A stretch of 63,857 nt of DNA, filler included, from Phoronis australis (taxonomy: Eukaryota; Animalia; Phoronida): NCBI GenBank assembly GCA_002633005.1. It is 13 parts of 13 records of this genome, joined end to end, with 100 filler letters (N's around TTAATTAATTAA, not from the genome) between each part and the next. Parts side by side here need not be neighbours in the genome. Positions count along the whole stretch, not along the records: positions 1 to 3,160 come from NMRA01003180.1; positions 3,261 to 7,124 come from NMRA01002804.1; positions 7,225 to 10,087 come from NMRA01003364.1; positions 10,188 to 13,031 come from NMRA01003386.1; 9 more parts are not named here. The stretch is one strand, 5' to 3'. Shown here in pieces: positions 1 to 13,131 of the stretch. Under the pieces are notes generated by a model that had not been told where the DNA came from, ran no database searches, and saw nothing but the letters and a program-made list of their open reading frames with translations. The position numbers and the translations under genes are program-made. Position 1 is the first letter of the stretch. Each line of letters begins with the position of its first letter.

Positions 1-1051
1 AGTTAATCAACGCAGCCGAGTCATCGTTGGAATGGTATATCTATGTCTAACAAAAGACAATTGCTATTTTCTGGTACACAACTCGGTAACCTGTTTACTG
101 CGGCCTCCCCAGAATTCTTAGCCAGGAAATCCCTGTATCATCTTCCTCCAGCCGCGGATGGGTTCAGACTCAAGAGCCAGCATAATTTCTGTGTCACCTA
201 GCCCGAAACGGGAGCTAAAGGCACCCAAGGGATGTCCACAGAAGCCTGACTATCAACTACACCAATCGCGTATCCAATGCTATAAGCAGATTCCGACAGA
301 AATTTCAAAAGTCTGTTTTTAAGCGGCCATGATTTCCGTGTTCTTGATAACTTTCAATGGAAGTGGTTAATGACTGCGCCATTAGTAGGCACTCAGACAA
401 GTTCTGTAAATACACAACAACCTTCCGTTTATTGTTCAAATGAGCGATGTACAGGACACTCGAAGAATGTCCAAACTTGCCCCTACAAAATTTCGTACCT
501 CATATCGCAAAAGTGATCGATCGGATTCATATAAAACTTCCAGATACCATGCTTTAAGTACTGTTCTCCAAAACGTTTTCAGCAAATGTTTGCGAGAGGG
601 GCAAGAATTTGTATTAAATAGAAAATGAAATGATCAATTAAAAAACTGTCACAAAATGTTTGGGATTTCATTCTATTAAAAACGAAATTTGGTCGATTTA
701 TTGATGCTTTTATTTTGTAATGGATTTACTTTTTTTGCTAAATTTTATTAAAATGGCCAGATTACGTGACCCAGATACATGTTATAGCAGATTTGAATGA
801 TACGAAACATCAAAATCCACTTTCTGTTTTCAGAAAATAAATGTTTTTTCTAGGTACCCTTGCACTGTTGATGAGGTCCATCAAAATCATCATTTCTCAA
901 GACATTGAAAATGATATTCGCAAAGTCGGAATTAGCATTTTATGAACTGAGCAGCTTTGAGCGTGGGCATCCAAAAGTGAGACAAGTGACATTTTCAAGG
1001 AAGGTGTTTAGCAAAGCAAGTCTCTCAGTGGGAAGCTTTTCTCTATTTCAG

Positions 1052-2831
1052 CTTGTTACAATCATGACTGTGAACACTTCTGTGTAGCGTCCACAGAGGG
1101 CTCTTACTCCTGTCTGTGCTCTGATGGATACATACTGGACACGTATAACAAGGTTTGCTTAGGTACGTTTGACGTCTTTATTACTGCAGAGTTTGACACT
1201 TCGTCATAATTAATAAGTCTCAAAGGTCATAAACCTCAAGTATATGATTAGACGTCTATTCCACCCACTCAGTCGTGACACTTTAACCCCTTCATACCAA
1301 TGCGGTATTAGCTCCTTACATTTTTCCAAACAATGAAATGTGTTAGTATTGGTTGGTAACAGCCCCTCATTGAAACAATCTTGGTTGGAGGAGCGACTGT
1401 ACTTTTTGTCAGAAAACTTAATGTATACTCGCTTGTACTCTCTGTAAAACCTCTTCTCTTCCGGTGTACTAACCTAGAGTACAGTCGTGCCATTAACTAA
1501 GTTTATAAAGAATCAATACAAAACATACAACGCACCATTATGGTCATCAATGTTCAGCAAACTATTACAAAACATTTAGTCCGTGACATGCACTCATTTA
1601 TCTCGCAATATGTGATATTAGTAATATGTCAGTTTTATGAAAAGGAACAGGAACTGAACACAGAATCGATCTTAAGGCCTTTTAAGAGCTTTATTTTAAT
1701 AGCATATTGCTAGTCAGTTGTGGCTCTTATCTAAAGTGGCCAGTCTTTCAGTTACAGCTGACTTCTTTGAAGGTCGTTTTCAGAGACATCTTCATTTGGT
1801 TTGCAGCAAAGCGATACAAATACATGGTCGAAAAATGTCATTATAATTGAGGATGGTTCTAAGGGTATGACGCAACATAAAAATGGGAATGATAAAAATT
1901 CCATTTTATGAACGCTTTGTATATTAAGGTTGTTGAACCGTAACGTTTTGCAGAAGTCACCAAGCCGACCGGCCCATATTACGCCATCACCTATGGATCA
2001 CAAGTGGCCCTGGTTGCCACGACCAACACATTGGACAAGACGTCCATATTAAGCGAGGTATCCCCTGATCCAGAGAATCAAATGTGGACTCGCGTTGATG
2101 TCAACTACTACCAAAGGGCGCTATACCTGGTGAACTCTGCTGCAGACACCATCGACTTGATGAAGGTCAACAATATGAATTCCGTCACGAATGTAGTTAA
2201 AAATGTGGCTAACGTGACAGGTACGTGGTTCATCTTCATGCAGCTTGCCTGGGGTCTTGTTATAATCCAGGCCTTAACACTCTGTCGATAAACAATATGG
2301 ATAGTCACATAAAGTATGTACATGTGTACATGTATGTTATTAGCACTGTGTAAGCTTGTTGCATGGGACGTTTATAAGTAACGTAACATGGTCCGTATTC
2401 GGTAGTTTAGAGTATCGAACTGGAAAAACAACTATACGTTACCAATATCTAGTAATCTGAGCTGAAAACTAATTGGGACTAGTTTCATGATGGTGTGTGA
2501 CTTGTTTTGAAAAAATGGTTTTGGCTAACAATGAGTTTGGAGTACGTTCAGAAATGAAATGAACGGCTTATATTTTAGTGCGTAACTATTTTTAAGTAGA
2601 CAGTATGAACACGCAGTTTGTTCGGTGTAGTCACTGCAAATAGTCAAGTAAATAAATATGTCAGTCTCATCTCATTTCAGACCTTTCCGTTGACTGGGTC
2701 AGCAACACCCTCTATTGGTTGGATGGGTTTTACGGGCAAGTGTGGATCTCCAAGCTGGACGGCACCTTCCAGACTTTGTTGACTGACGGCCTGAAAAATC
2801 CGACCAGCATAGCGGTGGACCCTATTAACAA
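1052..2831 (+). CDS. LDL-receptor-related (LRP/vitellogenin receptor-like) protein, three internal exons: EGF-like module followed by YWTD beta-propeller
   Basis: AG/GT-bounded, phase-compatible exons: 1052-1162 (CYNHDCEHFCVASTEGSYSCLCSDGYILDTYNKVCL, six-Cys EGF), 1954-2220 (EVTKPTGPYYAITYG...VDVNYYQRALYLVNS...NVANVT) and 2681-2831 (DLSVDWVSNTLYWLDGFYGQVWISKLDG...LKNPTSIAVDPIN, LDLR class B repeat). Gene is partial. Confidence 0.88.
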
Positions 2832-3160
2832 GTGGGTGATGTCTTTTGTACGCATGTTTTGTCTCGTTTTTCTTTCTCCATGTGGCATGAACGGGAGGAA
2901 CATCTCGGATTTGTGTTTTTCATGGTCAAATTCCTATAAAATGTTACAATTTCCTTTCCAAAGCTGGATTTCGCCCCTGCTTAGCTGTCAATGCTGAATT
3001 CGTCATTGATACGCTTCGGGGTTTAAAAATGATATTCTGATCTATAAATGCGAAATAAAAAAACGAATGGAGTCGAGTGTTACATATACACTGTACATTT
3101 AATTTAATCGATGGATAACTATACACACGTACTACTCCCACTAGATCTGGAGTTTACATG

Positions 3161-3260
3161 NNNNNNNNNNNNNNNNNNNNNNNNNNNNNNNNNNNNNNNN
3201 NNNNTTAATTAATTAANNNNNNNNNNNNNNNNNNNNNNNNNNNNNNNNNNNNNNNNNNNN
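3161..3260. other. Artificial scaffold spacer N44-TTAATTAATTAA-N44, first of 12
   Basis: Identical 100-bp spacers start at 3161, 7125, 10088, 13032, 16614, 18889, 23932, 26618, 30200, 34720, 59897 and 62263. The palindromic 12-mer puts stop codons in all six frames. Confidence 0.97.
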
Positions 3261-5257
3261 TAATTATTCATTAAAACAATTGACAACATCAAAAACTACA
3301 GCAAAAGTAATGTACATTTCAGTCAACACCCGTACAAGATAGATGTGCAATGTGTTTGATCAAAACGAGACTTCTTATTGGTATATCTTACCGATTTTAT
3401 GAAGGCCGACATATTCTAGACGAATTTCACCTAAACCAGTACCTTGGTTTTGCGTGGGTGATAAAGAAGGAGTTTTTCCGAAGAACAGGTACATAGATGT
3501 ACATGTACATGTAGTCCCAGTTAAAACACATTGAAAGATGATATACCAAGATAAAGGTTTTCCTGTAAACAGGCCAGCCTGTGGACTCGATCAGATTGAT
3601 TGAGAACTGGACATTTTGTGGATACAGGAAAAGTCAGATTTGCATGCGTGTTCAAAATCGTTGTCCACGCCTCGCGACAGTATTGTATACTTATGTAGAT
3701 ATTTAGGGAAAAATCAAGCATGCAACCAAATGTAAGGTGTTACGTTTTACTCTCAATATTTCGATCGGCAAGTTACATTTTGGAGTCACAGATCACTTAA
3801 GGATGCGTCAAAACCAATGGTACCAATGTTTATCAATGATACTCCGCCAATGATGACAAAACTCCCTGTACTGGCTCTCTCAAACTTACATGTATATGCT
3901 TCTGATAGATCAGACTGCTTCATCAGAAGTTGACATTGGCAGACCCTAACCTTTGAGAAGTGTTGGAAACGAGGCTTTGTCAGTGCAACATACGACTACC
4001 AACGCGATGATAATCTCAATCATTGGCTGTCACTATGTTCAGAAAAAATACAAGACTTAAAGTGAGAGAACGTACACAGTAGCGGAACAACGAACAAATG
4101 TATCTACTGAGCGTGAAAATGGACGATCGTGGTCTCTATTATTAATGGGAAGAAAAAACCTAATCCAACTGTTTTACAAAGAAGCAAACCAACCGTGCAG
4201 ATCCAAAAAGAAGCACCTGATAAAAGGGGAAATACGTGTCGTTCAAAAATCTTGAATCGATAAAGGTTTTTTTCAGGCGTGTGACAAGGGACTGTCTCTA
4301 CAGTCAGTCATCTCATTGACGAGAATTAGCTCAAAAACGGATCAGCATGGTTGAATAGTATTGCCAGTGGTGGAGAGGGCACAAAAATCAAGAGCAAGTG
4401 AACTGAAACAACGAGGAGTAAAATAAGAGAAGGAGATTCAACAAAATGTTGAACAATGTTAACGTTCTTGAAGATCACTAAGACGGGCACGTTTTCAATG
4501 GGAGTGGCTACAGATCCCGTTTTCATAAAAGGTGATTTCAGTAGGCGTTAATTTCACTACTAACTGGAACTAAACGAATTTGATGTGCAAATCAGGCCCG
4601 TAGCCCGTGAGGGGGGGTTCGCGTTAAAGTAGGATACATGTGGGCAACAACACCAAAACTGTTATAGCTACTGGTTCTACTAACTGCAATGATAACTAAG
4701 TTAGTCATAATTTTGAATTTGCTTCAATTAAAGCGTTTCTCGTACTCAGGCCCAGTGGTGTTTGCGTACATCTAGATGACAGGATCGTGCAAACGAGGCT
4801 TCATGTTATTAATGGACAGAATGTGCGTAGTGGCTACAGCATAGGGTGACAATGGAGTCTAAAAGTTAGGTTAGCTATATAGCAACGAGAGATTTCCAAA
4901 AATTATACTACGATGTGAATACCTTAAAATCCACTAAAAACTTTCGTACTTGAATAAAGTGTTCTCTTGTCAACCAGTGTCAATGATCACGGCCTGGCTA
5001 ACTTCAAACGAGCAACAAACTTTGTTTGATGGAAAAGATTTTTTAGGTTACATGTCACTATTCTGAAGATTCACTACTCTGAAGGTCCACGATTCTTTAC
5101 CTTCGAAAATTCACTACTTGGAATGTCCACAATTACAAAACTATAGAAAACAATTGCAGGCGGATTGATACACGTCGTACAAGACATGCGCAGGCCTCGC
5201 GTGTGGGCCCATTGGACTGATCACCTGGAACTATTTGTATGCATCATTCATATATAA

Positions 5258-5315
5258 CCAAACCCACGACCTCGAGTAAAGAAAGCGGGCACTTATCAAC
5301 CACGCTACACTGCTT
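5258..5315 (-). mobile_element. Degenerate tRNA-derived SINE head
   Basis: Minus strand reads agcagtgtagcgtggttgataagtgcccgc...gaggtcgtgggtt, with A-box-like and partial B-box-like motifs at tRNA spacing. Confidence 0.35.
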
Positions 5316-5817
5316 CCTCTAATTCCTAAACCATAACTCCGATAGTACATTGCTCTGGTTTTCAACTAATGAGTTGAAGCTAACATGAATGAATTATTGT
5401 ACTTGTGTCCTTTTAGAAACCAATTAAAGGGTTTCAAAATTGGATAATTCCTCAAAAATAGATTACATTCTTTACAAATGAGCCTAGTCCCGATCACTGC
5501 CAATCGCGATTCCTGAATTTAATAGAGCAGGCAACTTGTTCATGTCATTTTTAGTAGAAATACGGTTCATTGATTACCCCACCTACATACATTAATTAAG
5601 ACTTCCCGTAATTTTATTTATTAGTCGTACCCTACTGCGGAAGTGACGTTTAAGGAGTTACAAAGTTTCCGCCACTTTGTTTCTGCGATTGAGTTTACTC
5701 TTGTTTTCGTCCTGGTTTCCTAAGTTTGCTGTCACCACTTCATATCGGCGAGTACTCTACAAGCTAGGTGGTTAGAGAACTAAATACATTGGATGCTTAG
5801 TTTTTAGTAGCCTGAAA

Positions 5818-6800
5818 ATGGCTGGAGTGGGCGACCTACATCGCAGTCACAGTGACGTGGTGACGAGGAATGTTTTTACTAAAGTCAGTGGGTGGATATA
5901 TGTTTGAACCCGAGTTAAGAGAGGAAGAATACGCACAGATAGCTGTTGAAAGGTTGGAATGCACAGTGTGCACTGTTACGTGTATACCGACTCCTATGCT
6001 CTTCCCACTGGACGGTGAGTTGAGCACCCAAACCGCTTACACTCCGCCGTGTTACTCCATTGCACACACCTGGAACGTTCTAATAGCTCAAATACTTTAA
6101 TAAAATCCTTAATAAATCTATTAAAGTTTGACACTCCGGCCTATAAACTGGAACACGAACTGTCCTCCTCACTGGGTGTCGAACTGTGTCTGTACTCACT
6201 CCCACTACTAGAAATCTCTGCAAGGCTGCTTACAGTACATGCAGGATATGGACTGAAGAGAACACCAGCACAGGGCGTATCACTGCTAGTTCCCGTAATT
6301 GCACGCTCTGGGGTACGTTCGGAGTTATGGATGATACGATATGAAGAGGCTCCAGTCATTGAAGAGGTCACACATACCTCACTTCAAAAATGCTCTCCTG
6401 GGGGTCGCGACGGGACACTGCCGCGAATCAACCTCGTTGGTTTTGCAGGAACTTTGATCAATTTCAAGTTCATGACTCTATCGTAATCCGACGACAGAAA
6501 ATGCTTGCCACTCACTTGGTTATTCTCCGCCGATCTGTATGTTGCATGGACTGGTAACGCTGCGCTCTTCACACAAACGAGCTGAGCACGGCGCAGTAAG
6601 CATGCCATATGTCGGAAACTATGACATACCCAAAGTTCGCGTGTGACGATAATGAGTACATCTCGGTACGCAGCAACCACGCGGTGTGTTGACTGACCCG
6701 TAAACAAACGCAAACGAAGACTGCACTTAACACAACTAATGTAAAACAATAACCGACTCGACAGCCTACACAGTAAAAGTATATGCAAACAAAATGGCGT
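5818..6800 (+). pseudogene. Possible decayed P2X7-ballast-like (KolX-like) Cys-rich gene relic
   Basis: Acidic N-terminus, then GYMFEPELREEE (about 5894-5930). Near 6544-6700 the frame reads DW*RC...ST..*AC...NEYIS...AVC with stops. Motif order resembles the family, but the sequence is heavily decayed. Confidence 0.3.
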
Positions 6801-7596
6801 GAAATTCATAACCCCCTCAACGTCAATTCCGGAGTAAGGCACGACTCATCAATAAAATTACTGGAGAGAGAGAATTTCTTCAGTTCTGTAATTTATTTTG
6901 GACTGATGTGCATGGTAGAATTGATGTTGGCGTAGTCTCTGAATTTTGCGATTCCACAGCGAGTTACCTCAAGGAAGACGATGGTGACCTTTTCGTCAAA
7001 CTTATGTACAAAATTTTCTTCACACATCACAGAAGACAACTCATTTAAACTCCCGGTTTTCGAGCTTCTTTCAATTTTCGTTCAGTGGAATCTACTAGCA
7101 ACTAGAAACTGTCTCGCGATTTGANNNNNNNNNNNNNNNNNNNNNNNNNNNNNNNNNNNNNNNNNNNNTTAATTAATTAANNNNNNNNNNNNNNNNNNNN
7201 NNNNNNNNNNNNNNNNNNNNNNNNAGGACTTTGCCATGTTTTGTAGTGACAACTTCATCAGTGTTGTGGGCAACTGTAACAAGCAATGTGATTGGCTGTT
7301 TTTTTAAATAATGCTCTTGGTGTGAACATGGATTGAAACCATTTGCTGTGTTAGATTATATCCTGCCATCTTTTGATTGACATTTAAACTATTTTAAATC
7401 TTACAGATATTGTGCCATATGAGTTGACAAACCTATTAATATCATTCTGAGTTTGATAATGTTTCTATTTAATGTACTCCCAAACAAATCTTTCGAGTTT
7501 GAAGACCGACAAACTTTCAAATTAGGTTGTTCCCTTATGTCACGTTTACCTGATGAAAACTGTTGCAGCGCTAGTTGAGACAGCTTCCACTCGTTG

Positions 7597-7910
7597 ACAC
7601 AGTGTTGAGCCTGTCATATCCTACATGTACAGACTGAGTTCAGAGCTCCACACTCTCTTGTTGGCACAAAGGGTTGAGCCTGTCACATCCTACATGTAGG
7701 TACTGTGTTCAGGGCTTCACACCCACTAGTTGGCACAGTGTTGTGCCTGTCACATCCTACATGTACATGTACACACTGGGTTCAGAGCTCCACAATCTCT
7801 AGTTGGCACAGTGTTGAGCCTGTCACATCCTACATGTACACTCTGAGTTCAGGGCTCTACACTCACTAGTGACAAAGTGTTGAGCCTGTCATATCCTTAC
7901 TGGGTTCAGG
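7597..7910. repeat. Minisatellite, about 66-70 bp unit, about 5 copies
   Basis: Recurring cacagtgttgagcctgtcacatcctacatgtac...gttcagagctccacactc. Confidence 0.9.
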
Positions 7911-8093
7911 CTTCAACTTCAGTTAGTCATCAATACAGAAAGCACTTGTAATTTGGGGAGGATGCACAATTAAAAACCAATAGTGCATTACATGATTTAC
8001 CTGAAAGTTAGTATTTTTGACATTGGAAATCCTCAAAAATTGAACAAATTTTGTGTAATTGTGCCATGCAAACTTTCAAGCTGCATATTTCAG

Positions 8094-8197
8094 GGGGGCT
8101 ACTTCATCTGGATCCGCCTGCCTGAGGGGGCCAAGACTAGCAAAGTCCTGGAGATGTGTAAAGCTCAACACAAGATCACCTTTGTGCCAGGCAACAT
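8094..8197 (+). CDS. Isolated exon of a PLP-dependent class I/II aminotransferase (2-aminoadipate transaminase-like, C-terminal region)
   Basis: tttcag acceptor and gtgagt donor. Translates GGYFIWIRLPEGAKTSKVLEMCKAQHKITFVPGN, matching the GG(Y/F)F(I/L)W..LP......L...A....V...PG signature. Confidence 0.78.
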
Positions 8198-8439
8198 GTG
8201 AGTTTTTGTCCTGCTCTGTTAGGGCTCTCTCCTGATATAGCAATTGTTTTATAGCTTGTCCTTGAAATATATTTCTTATAACATGTTATTATTTCAAATG
8301 AACTTTTATCATGGAAATGAACAATTGATAAGAAAAATAAATTGTGCAGGGTGTCAGGTAGCCTTGTGAAAGAGCTCACAGTCATGTCAAGTTTAGGGTA
8401 TACCTGAATGGTCTTNGCATGACGCGAGTTCATCTGGTC

Positions 8440-8672
8440 TGGCTTGGGTACAACCCAAACCATTTTGTATGTACTCAAAATTGTGTTTGTGTTTGTGTAT
8501 TCAGCTCTCCTGCTGTGAGTACGCCCCAAATCATTTTTGGTGTACTCATAAAATTGTATCTGTGTATTAGCAGCTCTGGATCTGAGTACACCCCTAATCA
8601 TTTTGGGTGCACTCATAAAGTTGTGTTGGTGGATTCACCTCTGGAGCTCTGGGTACATCCCAAATCATTTTG
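8440..8672. repeat. Degenerate minisatellite, about 65-70 bp unit, 3-4 copies
   Basis: Recurring gtacaccccaaatcattttggtgtactcataaa(a)ttgtg...cagctct. Confidence 0.75.
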
Positions 8673-8679
8673 ACTGTTA

Positions 8680-10087
8680 TGTCATCATCTCTGTCCGTCC
8701 GTCCGGACAGACGCCGCCCGTATGTCCATTGTTCTATTTCCAAAACTGTTTGACGTATGTTCATGAAATTTTGCATAATGTGGTCCTTTCACGGATGGTA
8801 TGGCATGAGCGAAGTTTCGGACGGATATGTCTACTGGTGTGCCCCTTAGTGGCAACTTTTATGCGCCTACATATGTATGTGGTCGCATATTGCCGTCATC
8901 TCTGTCTGGGCGTCTGCGGCTGTATCTCCTAAACCCCTCACAGGATCTTATTGAAATTTGGCAGGTATGTTCCTATGAGGTCGACGACAGAGGGCGACAA
9001 GTTTCGGACCGACCCAAATACCGCTCTGCTTTCTAGTGGCAATTTTAGTTTTTTATATTCGTGTCTGTATCTTCAAAGGTCCTCAACAGATTTTCATGAA
9101 ATCTGGCACATAGATATCTATTAATGAGTTGACGCTATCCTTCCGTTTTCGGATGGATTTGAGACATTTTGCGCCATCTAGTGGCCTTTTTTTACTATTT
9201 TCGAGTTGTTTTTTTGGCATCCACCCCTGTAACAACCAAACCACTCTAAGGATGATTGTGAAAATTGGCATGTATGTTCGTACTATGATGAAGACAGTTG
9301 ACGATGATTTTCCGATGACTTCAACTACTGTGGCGCCTCCTAGTGGCAGTTTTGTTTGTTTATGCACCCATGGCTGTATCTCCTAAACGTTCAACAGGAT
9401 CTTTATTAAATTTAGCAAATGTATTTATGTGAAGTTGACAACGGACAACGACAACTTTCGGACAAATCGGTGTACCGGTGTGCCCCCTAGTGGCAATTTT
9501 ATTTTTTTACGTTTACCTCTGTATCTTCAAAGGTACTCAACAGATTTCTATAAAATTTGACACATAGACATCTATTAGTGAGATGACGCTATCCTCCCGT
9601 TTTCGGATGGATTCGACCTAGTTTGTGTCATTTTTGTTTGTTTTTGAGTCTGTTTTTTGGCGTCCGTCCCTCTGTCAACCAAACCACTCTATGGATGATT
9701 GTGAAAGTTGGCATGTATGTTCTTTCTATGAAGGTAACGGTTGACAATAATTTTCCGATGACTTCGACTACTGTGGCGCCGCCTAGTGGCGTTTATTTGC
9801 ACCCATACCTGTATCGTGTATTATGAAGTTAAGAGAAGACAACGACTTTTTACGGATCCGAAGAACACTCTGCCCCCTCGTGGCAATTTGATTTTTTTTG
9901 TTTTCCTCTGTTTCTCCGAAGTTCCTCGACAAGTTTTAATTTGGTAAGTGGCTTTCTGTTGAAGAAACGAAGACATTTTCTGGTTTTCAGACAGATTCGA
10001 TGTATTTTGCGCCATCTAGTGGGCATTTTGATGATACAAATAAACAACCCTAAAAGCACACCATTTGCGATGCATTCGTGAGCGCAT
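8680..10087 (+). mobile_element. Helentron-associated non-autonomous element (HINE/DINE-1-like), family A; two nested or abutting copies, cut by gap
   Basis: (GTCC)n microsatellite near 8692. A second 5' end (ttatgcgcctacatatgtatgtggtcgcat) starts near 8859. Internal repeats are homologous to 40409-42119, and a 3' subTIR gtgagcgcat lies at 10078-10087. Confidence 0.8.
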
Positions 10088-10362
10088 NNNNNNNNNNNNN
10101 NNNNNNNNNNNNNNNNNNNNNNNNNNNNNNNTTAATTAATTAANNNNNNNNNNNNNNNNNNNNNNNNNNNNNNNNNNNNNNNNNNNNAGACTTGTTAAGT
10201 CCTGCTTTGCAGTCCATTTCTTTCTAAACTTTTGATCAGCAGACAGACAACACACCATTTAGCGACGACTACGCTGTGCCATAGAAAGGAACAGTGAGTG
10301 GACAGTGAGTTGTGTTGACGGTGTTAACTAAATATTTGTGTGTTTCTTTACTCTGTTTACAG

Positions 10363-12523
10363 ATAAGAGCAGTGGGTCAACTCTAGAGCTGATTCAGGAG
10401 AGTGAAGTAATTCAACAGACTCTGCACCAGCGACCCTACTCCCTCCGTAGACGGACTGATCATGTGACTGATCTAGTCACACCACCTGATGCAACTAGCC
10501 AACCACACCCTGCCACCTCCCGTGTAGATGGAAGACTATCAACTAGAGACCAGCAGCCTCAGCCAGCATTATCTCTTGGTGTTTATAAGAAAGGCAGCAT
10601 TGATGAAGGAAAGGGAGACAGCATTTATATTGGGAATGAATCCAGGAGTAGCAGCAAGGATGTAAGGGGTGCTAGTACTTACAGTGGCTTCTCAGAGAGA
10701 GAGAGACCACTCAGGGGCAACAGGGGTACTAGTGATGGTATACAGGGAGCCAGTACGCATGCTGGATACACACTGAGAGACAGACAGTACAAACGAGATA
10801 CATCAACTGCTCCATCTGCGGAAGATGGTCACTCAGTCAGGGTATGAAATATTGTCTGCTCCATACAAGTATCATGTTACAGGCAGCTCATAACTTAAAG
10901 CCACATTTCACCCAGTTAAGCTGGCTAAAAACTAAAATTTAATTAGATCTTGGTTTTCTTAAAATTAGTGTCATAATATTCTTACCCTCAAATGATTCCA
11001 TTTCCGTTACTGACAAGAATATTGAAACCACCAGTGACTTGAGACTCCAGACTTTATTGGGGTTGACCAACCTTAAATTTCCCAATTGAAAAATGCTCAT
11101 GTGCACATTTTCTGTAACTTGGATTTGTAATGGAAATGGAACCTTGTCACAGTAATGAATATTATGAGGTTGACGCTGTGACAGTAAAAGACGACTTCGT
11201 TTTTAGCCAGTTAAACAGAGCGAAATGCAGCTTTAAGTAGACTTTTGCAGACGCAATATTGAAAGAAAGAAAGCGAATTAGCCACAAAATGCACTTTTTA
11301 CCAAAAAAAATACAAACCTTGATAGCATTTTTTAAGGTTCCAATTCAACATGGTGTCACAGGTTCACATATTCTGTATTATGTTCTCCAGTTAGTAGGTC
11401 CCCAACAGTTGCAAATTTTCCGCAGATTTAGATTAAAGTTCACCGTGAGTTTGTGAGTACATGCTCTCGGGTAATACCAACTGACCCATCGCCAGGATTT
11501 TGCATGACGGCTTAATTGACCATCAGACTGCAGCATTCTTGACACACCTTCCTTTCTAAGCTGCCATTTTACCTGACAAACAGTGCATTGCCGGATAAAA
11601 CATAGTGAGTTTTGTTTGTTTGTCGGCATTTCACAAGGGACAGAGCTTGCGATAGCTCAATTGTCAAGTCTCTAGGACATGTTAAAAATTGACGAGGTAT
11701 TCCAACAAGAAAGAGATGCTAGCATTTTGATACTTCTTGGAAACTGAGCTGCAAGTGCCTCGTCCAATTTTCTCAGCCAAATGAGATCTTAAAAATGCAT
11801 GTTTTTTGTCCACTTTGCTTTAAATGTAACTTTTTACACTTTTGATACTGAACAGCATTCAAACTAAGGCTGGTAATTTTGTTGTTTGAGCCAGTGTTCC
11901 ATGTCAGTACTTGACAAGGTGAGTGTCACCTGGACTTGCTCTTAATTGGTCTGCATTTTTCATCACACTCTCGTGTTAGTGATGATTTCAGATAAATAAA
12001 CAAAATATTTTTTCAGTTAGAAGGTAAAATGAAACTTTCCTGTTTCCTATTTACGCTTCTGTCTCAGTTCAACAACGTCATGGTTTTCTGTTCAGTCACC
12101 TGGGTTGATTGTGTGAAATGTAACGCTTGTCCGCTCGATAAGTTTGGTTATTGTGTAACGTTGACTGCATTATTCAAAAGTGTCAGCACGATGTGCCATA
12201 GTGCAATGTTCAGTTGCTATTCAACATATCGACTTGTAACTGGGCCGGGATCTCTTTGTCCGTTAATGCCTGTGTTACCTCCCCCCAGATTCGATCATCT
12301 GGCAGTAGTCCCGTCTCCCTGGACTCTGTGCCCACTGGTCAAGATGCAGGTGAATTCACCACACTGGGCACAAGGCCTCAGACTGACCATACTGAGTCAA
12401 CATCCAAAGAGAGGCTACGAGGTGACAGGTATCCGAAGCAGGAGAGATCGAGTGAGCAAGAGGCTCAGAAGTTTGAGTTGCACCATTACGTTCACTTTAA
12501 CAACGATGGCGGGAAGAGACATG
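10363..12523 (+). CDS. Two internal exons of an unidentified Ser/Thr/Arg-rich low-complexity protein
   Basis: Exon 10363-10841 (ttacag acceptor, gtatga donor; DKSSGSTLELIQESE...DGHSVR) ends in phase 0. It splices in frame to exon 12289-12523 (ccccag acceptor, gtatga donor; IRSSGSSPVSLD...FELHHYVHFNNDGGKRH). Both frames are open. Confidence 0.72.
10899..11232. mobile_element. Non-autonomous DNA transposon with TTAA TSD (Kolobok-like ends)
   Basis: ttaa|agccacatttcacccagttaagctggctaaaaac ... gttttagccagttaaacagagcgaaatgcagct|ttaa: imperfect TIRs of about 35 bp flanked by TTAA, inside the intron of the gene above. Confidence 0.7.
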
Positions 12524-13131
12524 GTATGAATGGATTTACTTTTATCTAGCATCTTGTCAAGAAATGTTGGCTTGTTCTAGTTAGCCAGTTGATCATACTG
12601 TTGGTTCAGAATATTGGATTCACCAGAAGCATCCAATGCACATTTCGATCTTTGTTTTGAAGTCCAAGGAATTTTCAGCGGAATAACTGACAAAATAAGT
12701 CACTGACCCCATCGAAATTTTAGACTCTATTGGTTTCTTGGCAAATCAGCACTCAACAGGCTTGAGATTTTTTAAAACCTTTATGAAGTTATAAGCATGA
12801 TATAATGGGGCAAGGGGAAAGGTGCCTGTGCTTTCTGAGAGAGTGGTTATTTCAGGTGAGGGAAAATTGTACCCTGTATAAAAAAACACCTGTCCATGGC
12901 TGGTGGGCAAGTCAAGCGTCCAAACCGATTGGCCATCTGGTAATTGCCCCTTGGCAAGCAATGTTGACATTGTTCATTTGACTGTACATCTCACCCTGAA
13001 CCTGAAATTCAGTGTTTGCCTTAGGGGGAATNNNNNNNNNNNNNNNNNNNNNNNNNNNNNNNNNNNNNNNNNNNNTTAATTAATTAANNNNNNNNNNNNN
13101 NNNNNNNNNNNNNNNNNNNNNNNNNNNNNNN

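Noticed and set aside
3205-3216. Recurrent TTAATTAATTAA as a biological motif
   Set aside because: Always centred between exactly 44 Ns on each side, so it is an assembly linker.
4100-4540. Purine-rich stretch resembling decayed coding sequence
   Set aside because: Multiple stops in the plus-strand frames read and no identifiable motif.
6049-6842. Overlapping 145-aa and 152-aa ORFs as intact genes
   Set aside because: No recognisable domain in those frames and no splice support. At best part of a decayed element.
7420-7590. Decayed Penelope end with hammerhead-like CTGATGA (similar case at about 3895-3930, minus strand)
   Set aside because: The GAAA core is mutated or absent and coding similarity is too short to support a call.
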